18,242 nucleotides of DNA from Candidatus Bathyarchaeota archaeon (lineage in GTDB: Archaea; Thermoproteota; Bathyarchaeia; 40CM-2-53-6), in contig CAVPLU010000002.1 of assembly GCA_963706285.1 (NCBI GenBank), positions 1-18,242 on the forward strand. The letters are read 5' to 3'. The notes under the pieces were generated by a model. That model searched no databases. It was given only the letters and a program-made list of their open reading frames with translations, and was not told where the DNA came from. A program made the position numbers and the translations under genes. Positions 17,051 through 18,242 of the stretch are shown in pieces (the first letter of the stretch is position 1; every line of letters starts with the position of its first letter).

Positions 17051-18242
17051 ATGGGTGTTGAAGAGAAGGTCCAGCTTCTGCGGAAAGGGGCGCGAGCCGC
17101 CAAGCGTTCCACCTGCGTGACGATCATGCTCACTGGCATGAAGGTTGCTGTTGGTTTGCTGTCGGGCAGCATCGCGCTTCTAGCGGATGCCGTACACTCG
17201 GTTTCTGATGTCTTCACATCACTCGCCGTGTGGCTCGGGATGAAGCTGTCCCAGAGGAGACCGTCTGAGAGGTTCTCATATGGCTTCTACAGGGTGGAGA
17301 CCCTAGCGTTCCTGGTCGTCTCTATCGTTGTTGCAGTTTCAGGAATACAAGCCCTCTTGGTTTCGTTGAGCCGAATCCTCAACCCGTCACCTGTTGCTCT
17401 TGCTTCCGCCACTCTCTCGGTGGCAGCTGTCTCAGCGTTGGTCTCGTATGTGCTGTATCGATACAAATCGCGAATAGGAGATGAGACGAATTCTCAGGCG
17501 TTGCAGGGCGAAGCAAAGCACTCCTTGGTCGATGTCTCATCCTCGGCGCTCGTCTTTGTCGGAATACTCGTTCACTACTTCGGTTTATCTTGGGCGGAAG
17601 GAATCGCGGGGCTGCTGATAGGTCTCCTGACCATTAGACTCGGTTTCGGAATGGGCAGGGATGCTGTCTTGTTCTGTTGGATGCTTGCTTGAAACCAGAA
17701 TTCATCTCCCAAATGAAGAAGATCGCATCCGAGGTCAATGGAGTCAGAGGCGTTCATGAAATCAAAGTGAGAAGGTCCGGTCCGTTCATCTTCGCAGAGA
17801 TGCACGTCGAAGTGGACAGGGCAATGCGGATGGACGAGGCTGATGTGATCTCGAGAACCATTGAAGAGAGAATCAGAGACTCGATAGGTGAGGTGGATTC
17901 CGTGATGCTCCACGTGGAGCCCTCGAAGAAGGATCTTTAAAGGATTGCCATACCCGTCGAACAGGACAAAGGTCTTGATTCGAAAGTATCCCAGCATTTT
18001 GGGAAGAGCCCCTACTTCATACTGATCGATCTGCACAAAGATGGCCCGCAAAGCTGGTTCGTGATAGAGAATCCTGGGGCGGGAATTGAGAGGAAGAGAG
18101 GAATCGAAGCTGCGCATCTTTTTGCCCATCACAAGGCAGACGTCCTTGTCGCCAGGGAAGTCGGTGAAGGTCCCTACCACGTGCTTAGAGACAGCTCAAT
18201 TGCGATCCTTGCCCTCGATAACGAATTAGACGTAGCAGGCCT
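17051..18242 (+). CDS. CDF transporter fused to a C-terminal NifB/NifX domain (frameshift ~17675, in-frame TAA 17938-17940, runs off the window)
   Basis: GSIALLADAVHSVSD, YGFYRVE, HSLVD, KVRRSGPFIFAEMHV...LHVEP. Past the TAA the same frame reads RIAIPVEQDKGLDSKVSQHFGKSPYF...VGEGPY. Confidence 0.85.

Noticed and set aside
1-18242. CRISPR array, tRNA/rRNA, IS element or integrase
   Set aside because: No regularly spaced repeats, cloverleaf or rRNA signatures, transposase or recombinase motifs were found by eye.

Overview
This window looks archaeal: there are GGAGG/GAGGTGA ribosome-binding sites, many GTG/TTG starts, BRE+TATA-like promoters and archaeal-type gene families. A Bathyarchaeia/TACK-like origin is an inference, not something tested. 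The sequence is error-rich, and at least nine recognisable genes are broken by small indels or in-frame stops, most likely long-read errors. The left part holds a secreted protein with a Pro-rich tandem repeat. It is followed by a cassette of overlapping mini-ORFs largely missing from the ORF track (two Zn-finger-like peptides, a frameshifted HNH nuclease and a basic peptide), then a CopZ-like HMA protein, DUF1059, an Lpd/mycothione-reductase-like flavoprotein, a type IIIA H+ P-type ATPase, DUF4405 and a hypothetical protein. The right part is a minus-strand metallocofactor-maturation cluster: DUF134 - Mrp/NBP35 - CooC-like ATPase - BioB-like radical SAM - DUF1847 - DUF134 - NifB/NifX-type protein - IscU fused to a DUF59-like domain - small coiled-coil ORF - ABC-2 exporter. 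It is divergent from two CDF metal transporters, the second fused to a NifB/NifX domain. The most notable unannotated signal is a 20-bp pseudo-palindrome (core GAATA-N2-TATTC) found four times just downstream of BRE/TATA-like boxes, including directly before both DUF134 genes. It is a candidate operator for an uncharacterised DUF134 regulon.
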